A stretch of 64,000 nucleotides of DNA from an uncultured Acidobacteriaceae bacterium (GTDB lineage: Bacteria; Acidobacteriota; Terriglobia; Terriglobales; Acidobacteriaceae). Position 1 is the first letter of the stretch. The number at the start of each line of letters is the position of its first letter. The notes under the pieces are model-generated. The model searched no databases and was not told the origin of the DNA. It saw only the letters and a program-made list of their open reading frames with translations. The stretch covers positions 2,170,879 through 2,234,878 of the forward strand of contig OY969625.1 of the NCBI GenBank assembly GCA_963701685.1, written 5' to 3'. Made by a program: the position numbers and the translations under genes. This document shows, piece after piece, positions 37,242 through 45,613 of the stretch.

Positions 37242-37437
37242 TCACGGTGACAGGCGTGTAAGCGCAGAGGCGCTGGGTTTCCGCGATTTCTCCAGCTTGT
37301 GCTCGGTGAAGGAGAATCGCCGGCAATCGAAGAACTCTGCGTACGTGCAGCGGATGGAGCTGGTATTGGCGGGCGAGGTCGTCGAGCTTGGGGTCGTCCG
37401 TATCGTTGAGCTGGAACCAGGGCTCGGTCGCTTCCAG
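37242..37437 (-). pseudogene. possible corA-like N-terminal gene fragment (no start, frame break, truncated)
   Basis: Minus strand reads EPWFQLNDTDDPKLDDLARQYQLHPLHV, the W-x-L-x-D...L-x-x-L...LHPL pattern that precedes the EDC motif of CorA. A shifted frame continues FDCRRFSFTEHKLEKS and then stops at 37242. No pore domain follows. Confidence 0.3.
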
Positions 37438-37450
37438 CGGGGATGCAGGG

Positions 37451-39136
37451 CTAGTCGAGGATGCGGGCTACTACGTCGTAGTCGTGGGACTCGGTGATTT
37501 GGGCTCGGTAGAAGGTGCCGGGGACGAGGGCTTCGTGGGGGCCGAAGTCGTTGATGAGGACTTTGCCGTCGATCTCGGGGGCATGGTCGAGGGAGCGGCC
37601 TTGCCAGAGTAGGTCGGTTTCGTCGGACTCGCCTTCTACGAGGATGTCGAGCTCGCGGCCGATCCATTGTTTGCGGGCGCGCTTCGAGATTTTTTGCTGG
37701 AGCTTCATTAACTTGCGGCGGCGGGATTCGATGGTGCGCCTGGGGACTTTTTCGTCGAGAGAGAAGGCGCCGGCACCTTCTTCGTCGGAGTAGGAGAAGA
37801 CGCCTAGCCAGTCGATCTGCGCGGCTTCTACGAAGGCGCAGAGTTCGTTGAAGTCTTCTTCGGTTTCGCCGGGGAAGCCTACGATGAAGCTGGTGCGGAG
37901 GACTAAGTTGGGGATGGTCTTGCGGGCCTGGGCGATGATCTGGAGGAAGCGATCTGAAGTCCCGCCTCGGCGCATTCGCTTGAGGACATTCGTCGACGCG
38001 TGTTGGAGCGGGACGTCGAGATACTTGGCGATGGTGTCGTGGCGCGCGATGGTTTGGAGGAGGCGCGGGGTGATCTTGTTGGGGTAGGCGTAGAGGAAGC
38101 GGAGCCACTTGAGGCCTTCGAGTGGGGCGAGGGCGTCGAGGAGGTCGGACAACTCTGGCTTGCGCAGAGTTGAGGGTCCAGGGCCAAGGGCCCAGGGTTC
38201 AGAGGGCAGCATCTGCGGAGGGAGGTCTTCGCCGTAGCAGGTGGTGTCCTGGCCGATAAGGGTGATTTCGCGGACGCCCTGGGCGATGAGGGATTTGGCT
38301 TCGGCTACGATGCTGGCCAGGGGGCGGGAACGGAACTTGCCGCGGAGCTGCGGGATGATGCAGAAGCTGCAGGGGTGGTCGCAGCCCTCGGCGATCTTGA
38401 TGTAGGCCGAGGCGCGGGGGGTGGTGAGGATGCGCGGGGTTTCGTCGGAGTAGAGGTAGGTGGGGAGGGTGGGTGTGGCGCCGTCCCAGGAGTCGCGGGA
38501 GAAGCGGCCGGCGGCTTGCCTCGCGTCGCCTTCGGGGCGGGAGGAGGGTCCAGGTTTCAGGGCCCAGGGTCCAGAGGGTGCGGATTCGGCTTCGTGGAGG
38601 AGTTGGGGGGCGTCGGAGTCCGGGCGGGAGTGTTGGTTTACCGAGGAGGCGTGGCGATCGATTTGGGCGGTGGTGAGGATGGGGAAGGGGCTGGCGGCGG
38701 CTTCCGCGGGTCTGTGCAGACCCGCTGCTTCCAAGATGGCTTCTAGTTCGCCGGTGCCAACTACGGCGTCGACTTCGGGGATGTTGGCGCGGATCTCATC
38801 GCGGTAACGCTCTACGAGGCAGCCGGCTACGATGAGGCGCTGGGCGCGGCCTCCGTTGGCGACTTTGTGCTGAACCATCTCGAGGATGGTGTCGACGGAT
38901 TCCTGCTTGGCACTGTCGATGAAGGAGCAGGTGTTGACGACGAGGATGTCGGCGTCTTCGGCGCGTGGGGTTAGCTGGGCGCCGCCGCGATGGAGCAGGC
39001 CCATCATGACCTCGGAGTCGACGAGGTTCTTGGGGCAGCCGAGCGAGACGAAGCCTACCGTGGGTTTGGCCGGGGAGGGTTCTGGAGAATGGGTCTCGGG
39101 GGCGGCGCCGTCTTCGAGGGTGGAGGACAGGCTCAC
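37451..39136 (-). CDS. rimO: ribosomal protein S12 methylthiotransferase RimO (with two repeat-derived insertions)
   Basis: VGFVSLGCPKNLVDSE, VVNTCSFI, radical-SAM IAEGCDHPCSFCIIP, C-terminal TRAM domain; GTG start at 39136. At 561 aa it is about 100 aa longer than the roughly 440-aa E. coli RimO as recalled. Confidence 0.9.
   Translation of the reverse strand: MSLSSTLEDGAAPETHSPEPSPAKPTVGFVSLGCPKNLVDSEVMMGLLHRGGAQLTPRAEDADILVVNTCSFIDSAKQESVDTILEMVQHKVANGGRAQRLIVAGCLVERYRDEIRANIPEVDAVVGTGELEAILEAAGLHRPAEAAASPFPILTTAQIDRHASSVNQHSRPDSDAPQLLHEAESAPSGPWALKPGPSSRPEGDARQAAGRFSRDSWDGATPTLPTYLYSDETPRILTTPRASAYIKIAEGCDHPCSFCIIPQLRGKFRSRPLASIVAEAKSLIAQGVREITLIGQDTTCYGEDLPPQMLPSEPWALGPGPSTLRKPELSDLLDALAPLEGLKWLRFLYAYPNKITPRLLQTIARHDTIAKYLDVPLQHASTNVLKRMRRGGTSDRFLQIIAQARKTIPNLVLRTSFIVGFPGETEEDFNELCAFVEAAQIDWLGVFSYSDEEGAGAFSLDEKVPRRTIESRRRKLMKLQQKISKRARKQWIGRELDILVEGESDETDLLWQGRSLDHAPEIDGKVLINDFGPHEALVPGTFYRAQITESHDYDVVARILD
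38173..38206 (+). repeat. family A heptamer array inside rimO
   Basis: agggtcc agggcca agggccc agggttc agaggg; encodes LPSEPWALGPGPST on the minus strand. Confidence 0.85.
38545..38579 (+). repeat. family A heptamer array inside rimO
   Basis: agggtcc aggtttc agggccc agggtcc agagggt; encodes APSGPWALKPGPS on the minus strand. Confidence 0.85.
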
Positions 39137-39262
39137 AGGCTTTATTTTAGCAGGTCTGGCGCGGATGGCGAGGGGCTAAGGGTAACGCAGAAACAAAGGC
39201 AAAGGCTCTGACGCGAAGGGCGCGAAGTTGAACGCAACGTTCGCCAAGGAAAGCAGCGCAGG

Positions 39263-39592
39263 TTACTGGATGCGGGTGGTTTGGGGTGGAGCGGAGAGGG
39301 TGGGGGTAGGTTTGGGGGTGGGGTGGCTGGTGACTACTACGCCGTTGGTTTCGAAGTGGGTGATGCGATGGTCGGTGGAGTGGCCTAGCATGACGGCCTT
39401 GCGGAGCATCTGGAGATGGCGGCGGGAGTCGTTGGCGAAGTGGCGGCTGATGGCGTGGTCGTAGTCGAGGACGAGGATGTAGGTGGCTTCGCACTTGGGG
39501 CAGTAGATGGGGTCCTCGAGCCAGCGGTGGAAGGCGGCGGGCGGGAGCGGGGCGGCGGGGTCGGTGCCGGAACGGATGGCGGCGATGATCAT
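39263..39592 (-). CDS. hypothetical protein (109 aa)
   Basis: ATG-initiated ORF with non-shadow composition (DPIYCPKCEATYILVLDYDHAISRHF); no family recognised. Confidence 0.45.
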   Translation of the reverse strand: MIIAAIRSGTDPAAPLPPAAFHRWLEDPIYCPKCEATYILVLDYDHAISRHFANDSRRHLQMLRKAVMLGHSTDHRITHFETNGVVVTSHPTPKPTPTLSAPPQTTRIQ

Positions 39593-39660
39593 AGGGGCAG
39601 GGATTAGGGATTAGGGATTAGGGGTTAGGGTTCAGGGCCCAGGGCCCAGGGTTTAGGGAA
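39593..39660 (+). repeat. family A heptamer array, about 10 units (GGATTAG to GGGCCCA variants)
   Basis: G-runs beginning at 39600, 39607 ... 39656 with exact 7-nt period; starts immediately next to the ATG of 39263..39592. Confidence 0.9.
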
Positions 39661-39745
39661 AGGCAACAGCAACGGCAAAGGAAGAAGCAGATTTTCCCGG
39701 AGGGAATGACAGAAAGAAGAACAAGGGCGACGGAAAAAACGAAGA
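39661..39745 (+). repeat. family D composite element
   Basis: ggcaacagcaacggcaaagg + agaagcagattttcccggagggaatgacagaaagaaga + acaagggcgacgg. Confidence 0.85.
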
Positions 39746-39750
39746 ACTGG

Positions 39751-41817
39751 TTACCAGATTCTGACTCTTTGGTCTGGGGTTAGGTAGAGCTTGTCTGTGG
39801 GTTGGACGTTGAAGGCGGGGTACCATGCGTCGATGTTGCGGACGGTTTGGGCGCGATCTTCGGGGGGTGCGTGGGGGTCGGTTAGGATTTGCTGGCGGAG
39901 GGCGGCTTCGCGGACTTTGTCTTTCCAGTTCTGGCCGAAGGCGAGGAAGAATTGCTGGTCGCCGGTGAGGCCTTCGATCTCGGGTGCGGGCTGGCCGTGG
40001 AGGCTGGCGTGGAAGGCGTCGTAGGCGGCGGCGATGCCACCGAGGTCGGCGATGTCTTCGCCGAGGGTTTGGCGGCCGTTGACGTGGAGGCCGGGGAGGG
40101 GCTCGTAGGTGGAGAACTGGTTGGCGAGGGCGGTGGTGACCTGGTTGAAGTGGGCGAAGTCGGCTGGGGTCCACCAGTCGCGGACGCGGCCCTGGGAGTC
40201 GAAGGAGGCGCCTTCGGTGTCGAAGGTGTGGGAGATTTCGTGGCCCATGATGGAGCCGATGGCGCCGTAGTTGGAGGCGGCCGGGGCCTGGGGATCGAAG
40301 AAGGGAGGCTGCAGGATGGCGGCGGGGAAGTTGAGGCCGTTATCGAGGGGAAGGTTGACGGCGTTGACGGTCTGCGGGGTCATGACCCACTCGCCGCGGT
40401 CGGTGGGCTGGCCGATGCGGTGGAGGTTGTAGTGGTACTCGAATAAGTGGGCGCGGAGGATGTCGCCGACGAGGTCGTCGGGCTTGATGTCGAGGCCGTC
40501 GTAGGTGCGCCAGGTGTCGGCGTACCCGACGCTGACTTTGAGTGTGCCGAGTTTCCGGATGGCTTCGGCTTTGGTGGCAGGGGCCATCCAGGTGATGGCT
40601 TCGAGGCGCTGGTGGAAGGCGGCCAGGAGGTTGTCGACGAGGGCCTGGGCCTTGGCCTTGGCTTCGGGCGAGAAGTATCGCTGCGCATAGAGCTTGCCGA
40701 CGGCTTCGCCCAGGGTGCTGTTCACAAGGGCTACGGCGCTCTGGTCGCGGGGGCGCTGCTGTGGAGCTCCACTGAGCTTGGTGCCGAAGAAGTCGAATTC
40801 TTCGTCGGAGAAGGCTTTGGGGAGATAGGGTGTTCTGGCGTCGAGGACATGGAGGGCATGGAAGATGAGGTAGTCCTTCCAGGTGTCGATGGGGGTGGAG
40901 GCCACGAGGGCGGACTCCCCTTTGAAGGCGGTGGGTTGCCACACGTAGAAGGATTTCTGGGAGCTGAGGCCGGCGGCGCGGAAGTACTCGGGCCAGTCCA
41001 GGCCGGGCGCTTTGGTGGAAAAGTCAGAGGCTTGCCAGAGATTGTTGGCGTGCTTGATGTCTTCGTTGTCGGCGAGCGAGAGGTGCTGGGCGGCGATGTC
41101 GTGCTCGAGAGCGATGACGCGTGCAGCGCGGGCTTCGGGATTGGAGAAGCCGGCGAGCTTGAACATGGTGGCAACGTGGGTTGCGTATTGGGCGCGGATC
41201 TCCTGCATGTGTGCGGAGTTGTCGAGGTAGTAGTCGCGGGAGGGGAGTACGAGGCCGCCCTGCATGAGGTAGGGGGCGTAGTGGTCGGGATCGTTGAAGC
41301 CGGGAGCTACCCAGAGGCCGAAGAGATTGGGCGTGTGGAAATTCGTCATGTTGAGGGCGTCGACGTCGGCGCGGAGGGCGAGGCCGAGGGCGTAGGCGAG
41401 GTCGCGTTGGTTCTTGATGGCGGCGATGCGATCGAGCTCGGGCTTGAGGGCGGAGAGGCCTTCGTGCTCGATGGCGGATTCGTCCATGTAGGCGTGGTAG
41501 AGGTCGGCGATGCGGCGGGCGTCGGTGTTGGGCGCGGGGTTGGATTGGGCGACGCTGGCGATGATGGCGGCGACCTGCTTGTCGGCGCGGTCGGCGAGCA
41601 CGGAGAAGGTGCCGACGGCGACGCGGTCGGCGGGGATGGTGGTGCGCTTGATCCAGTCACCGTTGGCGTAGAGAAAGAAGTTGTCGCCGGGCTTGACGGA
41701 GTGGTCGATGGCGGAGAGATCAACGCCGTGGGTGGTGCTGGGGGCTGCGGGGGTTTGTGCGAGGGCGGTAGTGAGGCACAGGGTGGAGAGCAGAGCGGCG
41801 CAGACTTGCGATGTCAT
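39751..41817 (-). CDS. M13 family metallopeptidase (PepO / endothelin-converting-enzyme-like), secreted
   Basis: Signal peptide, zinc motif GHEISHTFD, second ligand motif GEDIADLGG, C-terminal CxIW-like end (RVRIW). Confidence 0.9.
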   Translation of the reverse strand: MTSQVCAALLSTLCLTTALAQTPAAPSTTHGVDLSAIDHSVKPGDNFFLYANGDWIKRTTIPADRVAVGTFSVLADRADKQVAAIIASVAQSNPAPNTDARRIADLYHAYMDESAIEHEGLSALKPELDRIAAIKNQRDLAYALGLALRADVDALNMTNFHTPNLFGLWVAPGFNDPDHYAPYLMQGGLVLPSRDYYLDNSAHMQEIRAQYATHVATMFKLAGFSNPEARAARVIALEHDIAAQHLSLADNEDIKHANNLWQASDFSTKAPGLDWPEYFRAAGLSSQKSFYVWQPTAFKGESALVASTPIDTWKDYLIFHALHVLDARTPYLPKAFSDEEFDFFGTKLSGAPQQRPRDQSAVALVNSTLGEAVGKLYAQRYFSPEAKAKAQALVDNLLAAFHQRLEAITWMAPATKAEAIRKLGTLKVSVGYADTWRTYDGLDIKPDDLVGDILRAHLFEYHYNLHRIGQPTDRGEWVMTPQTVNAVNLPLDNGLNFPAAILQPPFFDPQAPAASNYGAIGSIMGHEISHTFDTEGASFDSQGRVRDWWTPADFAHFNQVTTALANQFSTYEPLPGLHVNGRQTLGEDIADLGGIAAAYDAFHASLHGQPAPEIEGLTGDQQFFLAFGQNWKDKVREAALRQQILTDPHAPPEDRAQTVRNIDAWYPAFNVQPTDKLYLTPDQRVRIW

Positions 41818-41869
41818 AAGGGAGAGGGTACGCGGAGGGAGGGCGGGGCGGCAAACGCGCGGGGAGGTG

Positions 41870-42020
41870 GGTATCGGGAGAAAGTGGAGAAGCAGATTCC
41901 CGGGGAGAATGACAGAGAGAAAAGCGAGGGCAGGGGCAACGGCAGGGGCAGCGGCCTGCAGGTCTCTCCGCTGCGCATCACGAGAGACAAGAGTGTGATG
42001 CTCCGGTCGAGATGACAGAG
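41870..42020 (+). repeat. family D composite element
   Basis: agaagcagattcccggggagaatgacagagagaaaag + gggcaggggcaacggcagggg + ...ctccggtcgagatgacag. Confidence 0.85.
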
Positions 42021-42052
42021 TGGAGGGGGAAAGACGGGCGCTTGATTTTGCT

Positions 42053-43069
42053 TTAGAACTCCCAGCGGAGGAGGGTGGCGGCGGCGGTGAAGCCTGCGCC
42101 TACGCTGGCGAGGAGGACCAGGTCGCCTTTTTTGAGGCGGCCTTCTTCGAGGGCTGTGCTCATTGCGATGGGGATGGTGCCGGCGGTGGTGTTGCCGTAG
42201 CGGTCGATGTTGATGATGACGCGGTCTTCGGGCATGCCGAGGCGCTCGGCGGTGGAGAGGATGATGCGCTTGTTGGCCTGGTGAGGGATGAAGCAGCCTA
42301 GCTCGGAGCCGGTGACGCCGTTGCGGGTGAGGAGCGCTTCGGAGATCTCGGACATTTTGCGGACGGCGAACTTGTAGACGGCCTGGCCATCCTGGTGGAC
42401 GTAATGCTGCTTGGCGTCGACGGTTGCGTGGGAGGCGGGGAGGCGGCTGCCGCCGGCGGGCATGTTGAGAGAGACGGCACCGGAGCCGTCGATTTCGTGG
42501 AAGAAGTCGATGAGGCCGATTTCGCCTTCTTCGCAGGGCTCGAGGAGGACTGCGCCGGCGCCGTCGCCGAAGATGATGCAGGTGGCGCGGTCAGTGTAGT
42601 CGATGATGGAGCTCATGACGTCGGAGCCGATGACGAGGACCTTTTTGTGTGCGCCGGACTCGATTAGCTTGGCGCCTACCTGGAGGGCGTAGGGGAAGCC
42701 GGAGCAGGCGGCGGAGAGATCGAAGCCCCAGGCGTGGGGTGCGCCAAGCTTGTCCTGCACGAGGCAGGCGGTGGCGGGGAAGCTCATGTCGGGGGTGACG
42801 GTGGCGATGATGATGGCTTCGACTTCGGAGGGCTGAATGCCGCGCTTGGCGAGGCAGATCCGGGCGGCTTCGACGGCGAGATCGCTGGTGGCAACACCCT
42901 TGTCGACGAGGTGGCGTTCACGGATGCCGGTGCGTTCCTGGATCCACTGGTCGTTGGTGGCGACCATTTTCTCGAGGTCTGCGTTGGTGAGCAGGCGGGG
43001 TGGGACGTAGGAGCCTACGGATGAGATTTTGGCGCGGACGGGGTTCCGGGGCTTCAGGGTGAGACTCAA
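42053..43069 (-). CDS. fabH: beta-ketoacyl-ACP synthase III
   Basis: [35 protein letters not shown], active-site SAACSGF, HQAN, GNTTAG; TTG start at 43069 with GGAGG 7 nt upstream. Confidence 0.9.
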   Translation of the reverse strand: MSLTLKPRNPVRAKISSVGSYVPPRLLTNADLEKMVATNDQWIQERTGIRERHLVDKGVATSDLAVEAARICLAKRGIQPSEVEAIIIATVTPDMSFPATACLVQDKLGAPHAWGFDLSAACSGFPYALQVGAKLIESGAHKKVLVIGSDVMSSIIDYTDRATCIIFGDGAGAVLLEPCEEGEIGLIDFFHEIDGSGAVSLNMPAGGSRLPASHATVDAKQHYVHQDGQAVYKFAVRKMSEISEALLTRNGVTGSELGCFIPHQANKRIILSTAERLGMPEDRVIINIDRYGNTTAGTIPIAMSTALEEGRLKKGDLVLLASVGAGFTAAATLLRWEF

Positions 43070-43185
43070 ACTACGACCTCCAGTGCAAATAACGTGGCAG
43101 AAAGAATCTTACCTCTAACTGACCGCGCGGTCTGTTAAGCATGCGACTAATCGCGCAGGTGTTGTGGATAAGGGATTTTGGGGGT

Positions 43186-43292
43186 TAGTGTACCGGGTTT
43201 CCCTACTGCGCACCTATCGACCCGTTACCGTTGCTTCCTTCCGGACCTGGCGGGGTTGGCGGGAATAGATCGCGTAGGACCCGGCACATAAG
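43186..43292 (-). ncRNA. ffs: signal recognition particle RNA (small 4.5S type)
   Basis: Minus strand contains CCAGGTCCGGAAGGAAGCAACGG, which matches the conserved domain IV AGGUCCGGAAGGAAGCA including the GGAA tetraloop. Closing helix GTGCCGGGT (43287-43279) pairs with ACCCGGTAC (43198-43190). Ends are approximate. Confidence 0.7.
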
Positions 43293-43375
43293 GCAGTTTA
43301 CCACGCGGGTAGAGGTGGGTTTCGGGCTGCAAATCGGGTGCTATAGCGCGGTTTGGGGAGGGTACGAAAAAGGCA

Positions 43376-43408
43376 TTGACAGCTATCTGAAAGATATATA
43401 TCTTTCAG
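43376..43408 (+). promoter_or_regulatory. padR promoter overlapped by a 22-bp perfect palindrome (likely operator)
   Basis: TTGACA (43376-43381), 17-nt spacer, TATCTT (43399-43404). Palindrome CTGAAAGATATATATCTTTCAG at 43387-43408. ATG at 43416. Confidence 0.55.
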
Positions 43409-43415
43409 TCACATT

Positions 43416-43988
43416 ATGAAGGCTGAAAAGACATCTACGGTTGAGTCACTGCTGGGGTTACTGAGTTTGGGGCCGATGTCGGGGTACGAGATGCGGCAGA
43501 TGATGGAGCGGTCGACCTCGAACTTCTGGACGGAGAGTTACGGGCAGATTTATCCGGCGCTGAAGCAGATGGTGAAGGACGGGCTGGCGACGGTGGAGGA
43601 GCAGAGCAAGGATGGGCGGGCGAAGAAGGTCTACAAGATCACGGGCGAGGGGGAGCGGCGGCTGAGGAAGTGGCTGGGGATGGAGACCAGGCCGCAGGTT
43701 CGTCGGAATGAGCTGGTGCTGAAGGTGTTTTTTGGGGACCAGGCGCTGAGGGGAGTGATTGCAGCGCAGGTGGTGGCGGAACGGGAGCGGTGCGAGAACG
43801 ATGTGGAACGGTTTGAGGCGTCGGTGCTGCGGATGGAGATGGAGCATGCGCGGCATCCGGCGATGCCGTACTGGAGGATGGCGGCGAGGTGCGGGATATT
43901 GCACGCGAAGGCGACGATTGCGTGGTGCGATGAGACGTTTGCGGAGTTGGAGAAGAGAGGGTTGGTGAGTAAGCCGACGTTTTACTAG
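43416..43988 (+). CDS. PadR family transcriptional regulator
   Basis: LLGLLSLGPMSGYEMRQMMERSTSNFWTESYGQIYPALKQMVKDGL is the PadR winged-helix signature. Confidence 0.85.
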   Translation: MKAEKTSTVESLLGLLSLGPMSGYEMRQMMERSTSNFWTESYGQIYPALKQMVKDGLATVEEQSKDGRAKKVYKITGEGERRLRKWLGMETRPQVRRNELVLKVFFGDQALRGVIAAQVVAERERCENDVERFEASVLRMEMEHARHPAMPYWRMAARCGILHAKATIAWCDETFAELEKRGLVSKPTFY

Positions 43989-44022
43989 TTGTCCGTTCTC
44001 AGTTCTCCGTTCTCAGTTGAAG
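43988..44022 (+). repeat. family B heptamer array (GTTSTCM)x5
   Basis: gttgtcc gttctca gttctcc gttctca gttgaag; the first G is the last base of the padR TAG stop. Confidence 0.9.
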
Positions 44023-44072
44023 GCAAGGCGTGTGATCCAAGACGAAAGAGCAGGGCGATCGAGGAGGTTGTG

Positions 44073-44768
44073 ATGAGTGCTGATCCGGTTTGGATGAAGG
44101 GCTTGTTGACGGTGCATGTGGCGTGCGGGTTTGGGTCGTTTCTGCTGGCGCCGGTGGCGCTGTCTACGGCGAAGGGTGGTCCTGCGCATCGGCGGTGGGG
44201 GATGGTTTATTTGTGGTGCATGGGGGGCGTGGCGGCTACGGCGCTGCCGATGGCGCTGTATCGGCCGGTGCTGTTTCTGGCGATGGTGGCGGTGTTTAGC
44301 TTTTATGCGGCGTTCGCTGGGTATCGGGTACTGAAGCTTAAGGATTTGGCGCGGGGCGGGAGTGCGAAGCCGGTGGATTGGATTGCGGGCGTGCTGACGT
44401 TCTGCTCGAGTTTGTTGCTGGCGCTGATGGGGGCGTTTGATCCGAAGGCGATCCAGGGATATGGGATTGTGGCGATTGTGTTTGGGCTGCTGGGGATGCG
44501 GCTGTCGTTTATGCAGTTGAAGAGTTTTGTGTGGAAGCCGAAGGAGAAGATGTTCTGGTGGTACACGCACCTGGGAAATTTTATTGGCAGCTACATCGCA
44601 GCGTGGACGGCGTTCAGCGTGGTGACGCTGCCTACGGTGTTTGGGCAACACGTTTGGTTGTGGCTGTGGCCTACGGCGGTGGGGGTTCCGGCGATTGTGT
44701 TGACTACGGCTTATTACAAGCGGAAGTTTGCGCCGCGGGTGAAGACGACGGGGGTGGTGGCGGCGTAA
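44073..44768 (+). CDS. integral membrane protein (about 6 TM), unknown family, downstream of padR
   Basis: Start at MSADPVW (ATG at 44073) with GAGGAGG 5 nt upstream; hydrophobic throughout. Confidence 0.6.
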   Translation: MSADPVWMKGLLTVHVACGFGSFLLAPVALSTAKGGPAHRRWGMVYLWCMGGVAATALPMALYRPVLFLAMVAVFSFYAAFAGYRVLKLKDLARGGSAKPVDWIAGVLTFCSSLLLALMGAFDPKAIQGYGIVAIVFGLLGMRLSFMQLKSFVWKPKEKMFWWYTHLGNFIGSYIAAWTAFSVVTLPTVFGQHVWLWLWPTAVGVPAIVLTTAYYKRKFAPRVKTTGVVAA

Positions 44769-44775
44769 GAGCTGC

Positions 44776-44817
44776 GCTCTCCGTTGTCCGTTCTCCGTTG
44801 TCCGTTCTCAGTTGGTG
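44776..44817 (+). repeat. family B heptamer array, 6 units
   Basis: gctctcc gttgtcc gttctcc gttgtcc gttctca gttggtg; lies between convergent genes and contains the TGA stop (44808-44810) of the minus-strand gene. Confidence 0.9.
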
Positions 44818-45545
44818 GGGGAGGCGTCGGGCTGGGATGTGGCGGAGGACTTGTGGGGCTTGTTGAGGCGAAGGTCTCGCGAGCTGCGGATCAGCTTCCA
44901 GATGGCGAAGGCCAGCGAGAGCAGGATGCTGGTCCAGATGATGATGAGGATGGTGGCGGCCCACTTGTCAGAGAAGTGCGACCAGAGGCGGAGAAAGGCG
45001 TGGCCGTAGCGGACGCCGATCCAGGCGGCGATGCAGTGGCGGATGAAGCGGCTGATGGTGAAGGCAGCCATGAATTTTTTGCGCGACATGTGCACGGCTC
45101 CGGCGGCGAGGACGAAGGGCGAGAGCGGCATGGGTGGAGGCAGAAGCGCGGGGAGCGAGACGGAGAGGATGGCGTGGTCTTCCATCCAGGAGGTGACACG
45201 GCCGAGGATGTTTTTTGGGACGTGTTTCTCGAGGAAGGCCATGCCGCCGGCCTGACCGACGGCGTGGGAGAAGAGGCCTCCGATGGCGGAGCCGATGGTG
45301 GCGAGGGCGACGAGGAGGAAGATGTTGGAGTGGGCGGCGGCGAAGACGATGAGGAGGATGTCGGTGACGCCGGGGATGGGGAGGGGGACGAAGGAGCTGT
45401 CGACTGCAGAGATGGGGAGCAGGCCGATGACGCCGAGGTGGCGGAAGAAATGGATGAAGCCGTGATGGGCGGCGTGCTGGGCGACAGGGGCCGCGACGTC
45501 CTGGAAGGCGAGGAGCGCGGCCGTTGGTGAGAAGGATATGCCCAT
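44808..45545 (-). CDS. YqaA/DedA-superfamily membrane protein
   Basis: GLLPISAVDSSFVPLPIPGVTDILLIV and LPPPMPLSPFVLAAGA resemble the SNARE-associated/DedA core. Confidence 0.7.
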   Translation of the reverse strand: MGISFSPTAALLAFQDVAAPVAQHAAHHGFIHFFRHLGVIGLLPISAVDSSFVPLPIPGVTDILLIVFAAAHSNIFLLVALATIGSAIGGLFSHAVGQAGGMAFLEKHVPKNILGRVTSWMEDHAILSVSLPALLPPPMPLSPFVLAAGAVHMSRKKFMAAFTISRFIRHCIAAWIGVRYGHAFLRLWSHFSDKWAATILIIIWTSILLSLAFAIWKLIRSSRDLRLNKPHKSSATSQPDASPTN

Positions 45546-45613
45546 GCTGGTTATATGACGTTATCCGGTTGCGGGGTGTTTCGGAAGAATTTAATTGCTT
45601 CCTAACGTTTGTT

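Noticed and set aside
36859-37497. 212-aa + strand ORF between arsR and rimO
   Set aside because: It overlaps the arsR 5' end and the rimO 3' end, has no recognisable motif and an irregular composition. The region is better explained as decayed DNA containing a corA-like stub.
39601-39632. Telomere-like TTAGGG repeats (ggattagggattagggattaggggttaggg)
   Set aside because: The period is 7 nt (GGATTAG), not 6. The array grades into GGGCCCA/GGGTTCA units of family A and is internal to a gene-dense region, so this is coincidental resemblance.
43163-43171. DnaA boxes / replication origin (TGTGGATAA at 43163-43171 and 53589-53597)
   Set aside because: These are two isolated perfect 9-mers 10 kb apart, with no cluster, no AT-rich unwinding element and no dnaA or dnaN nearby.
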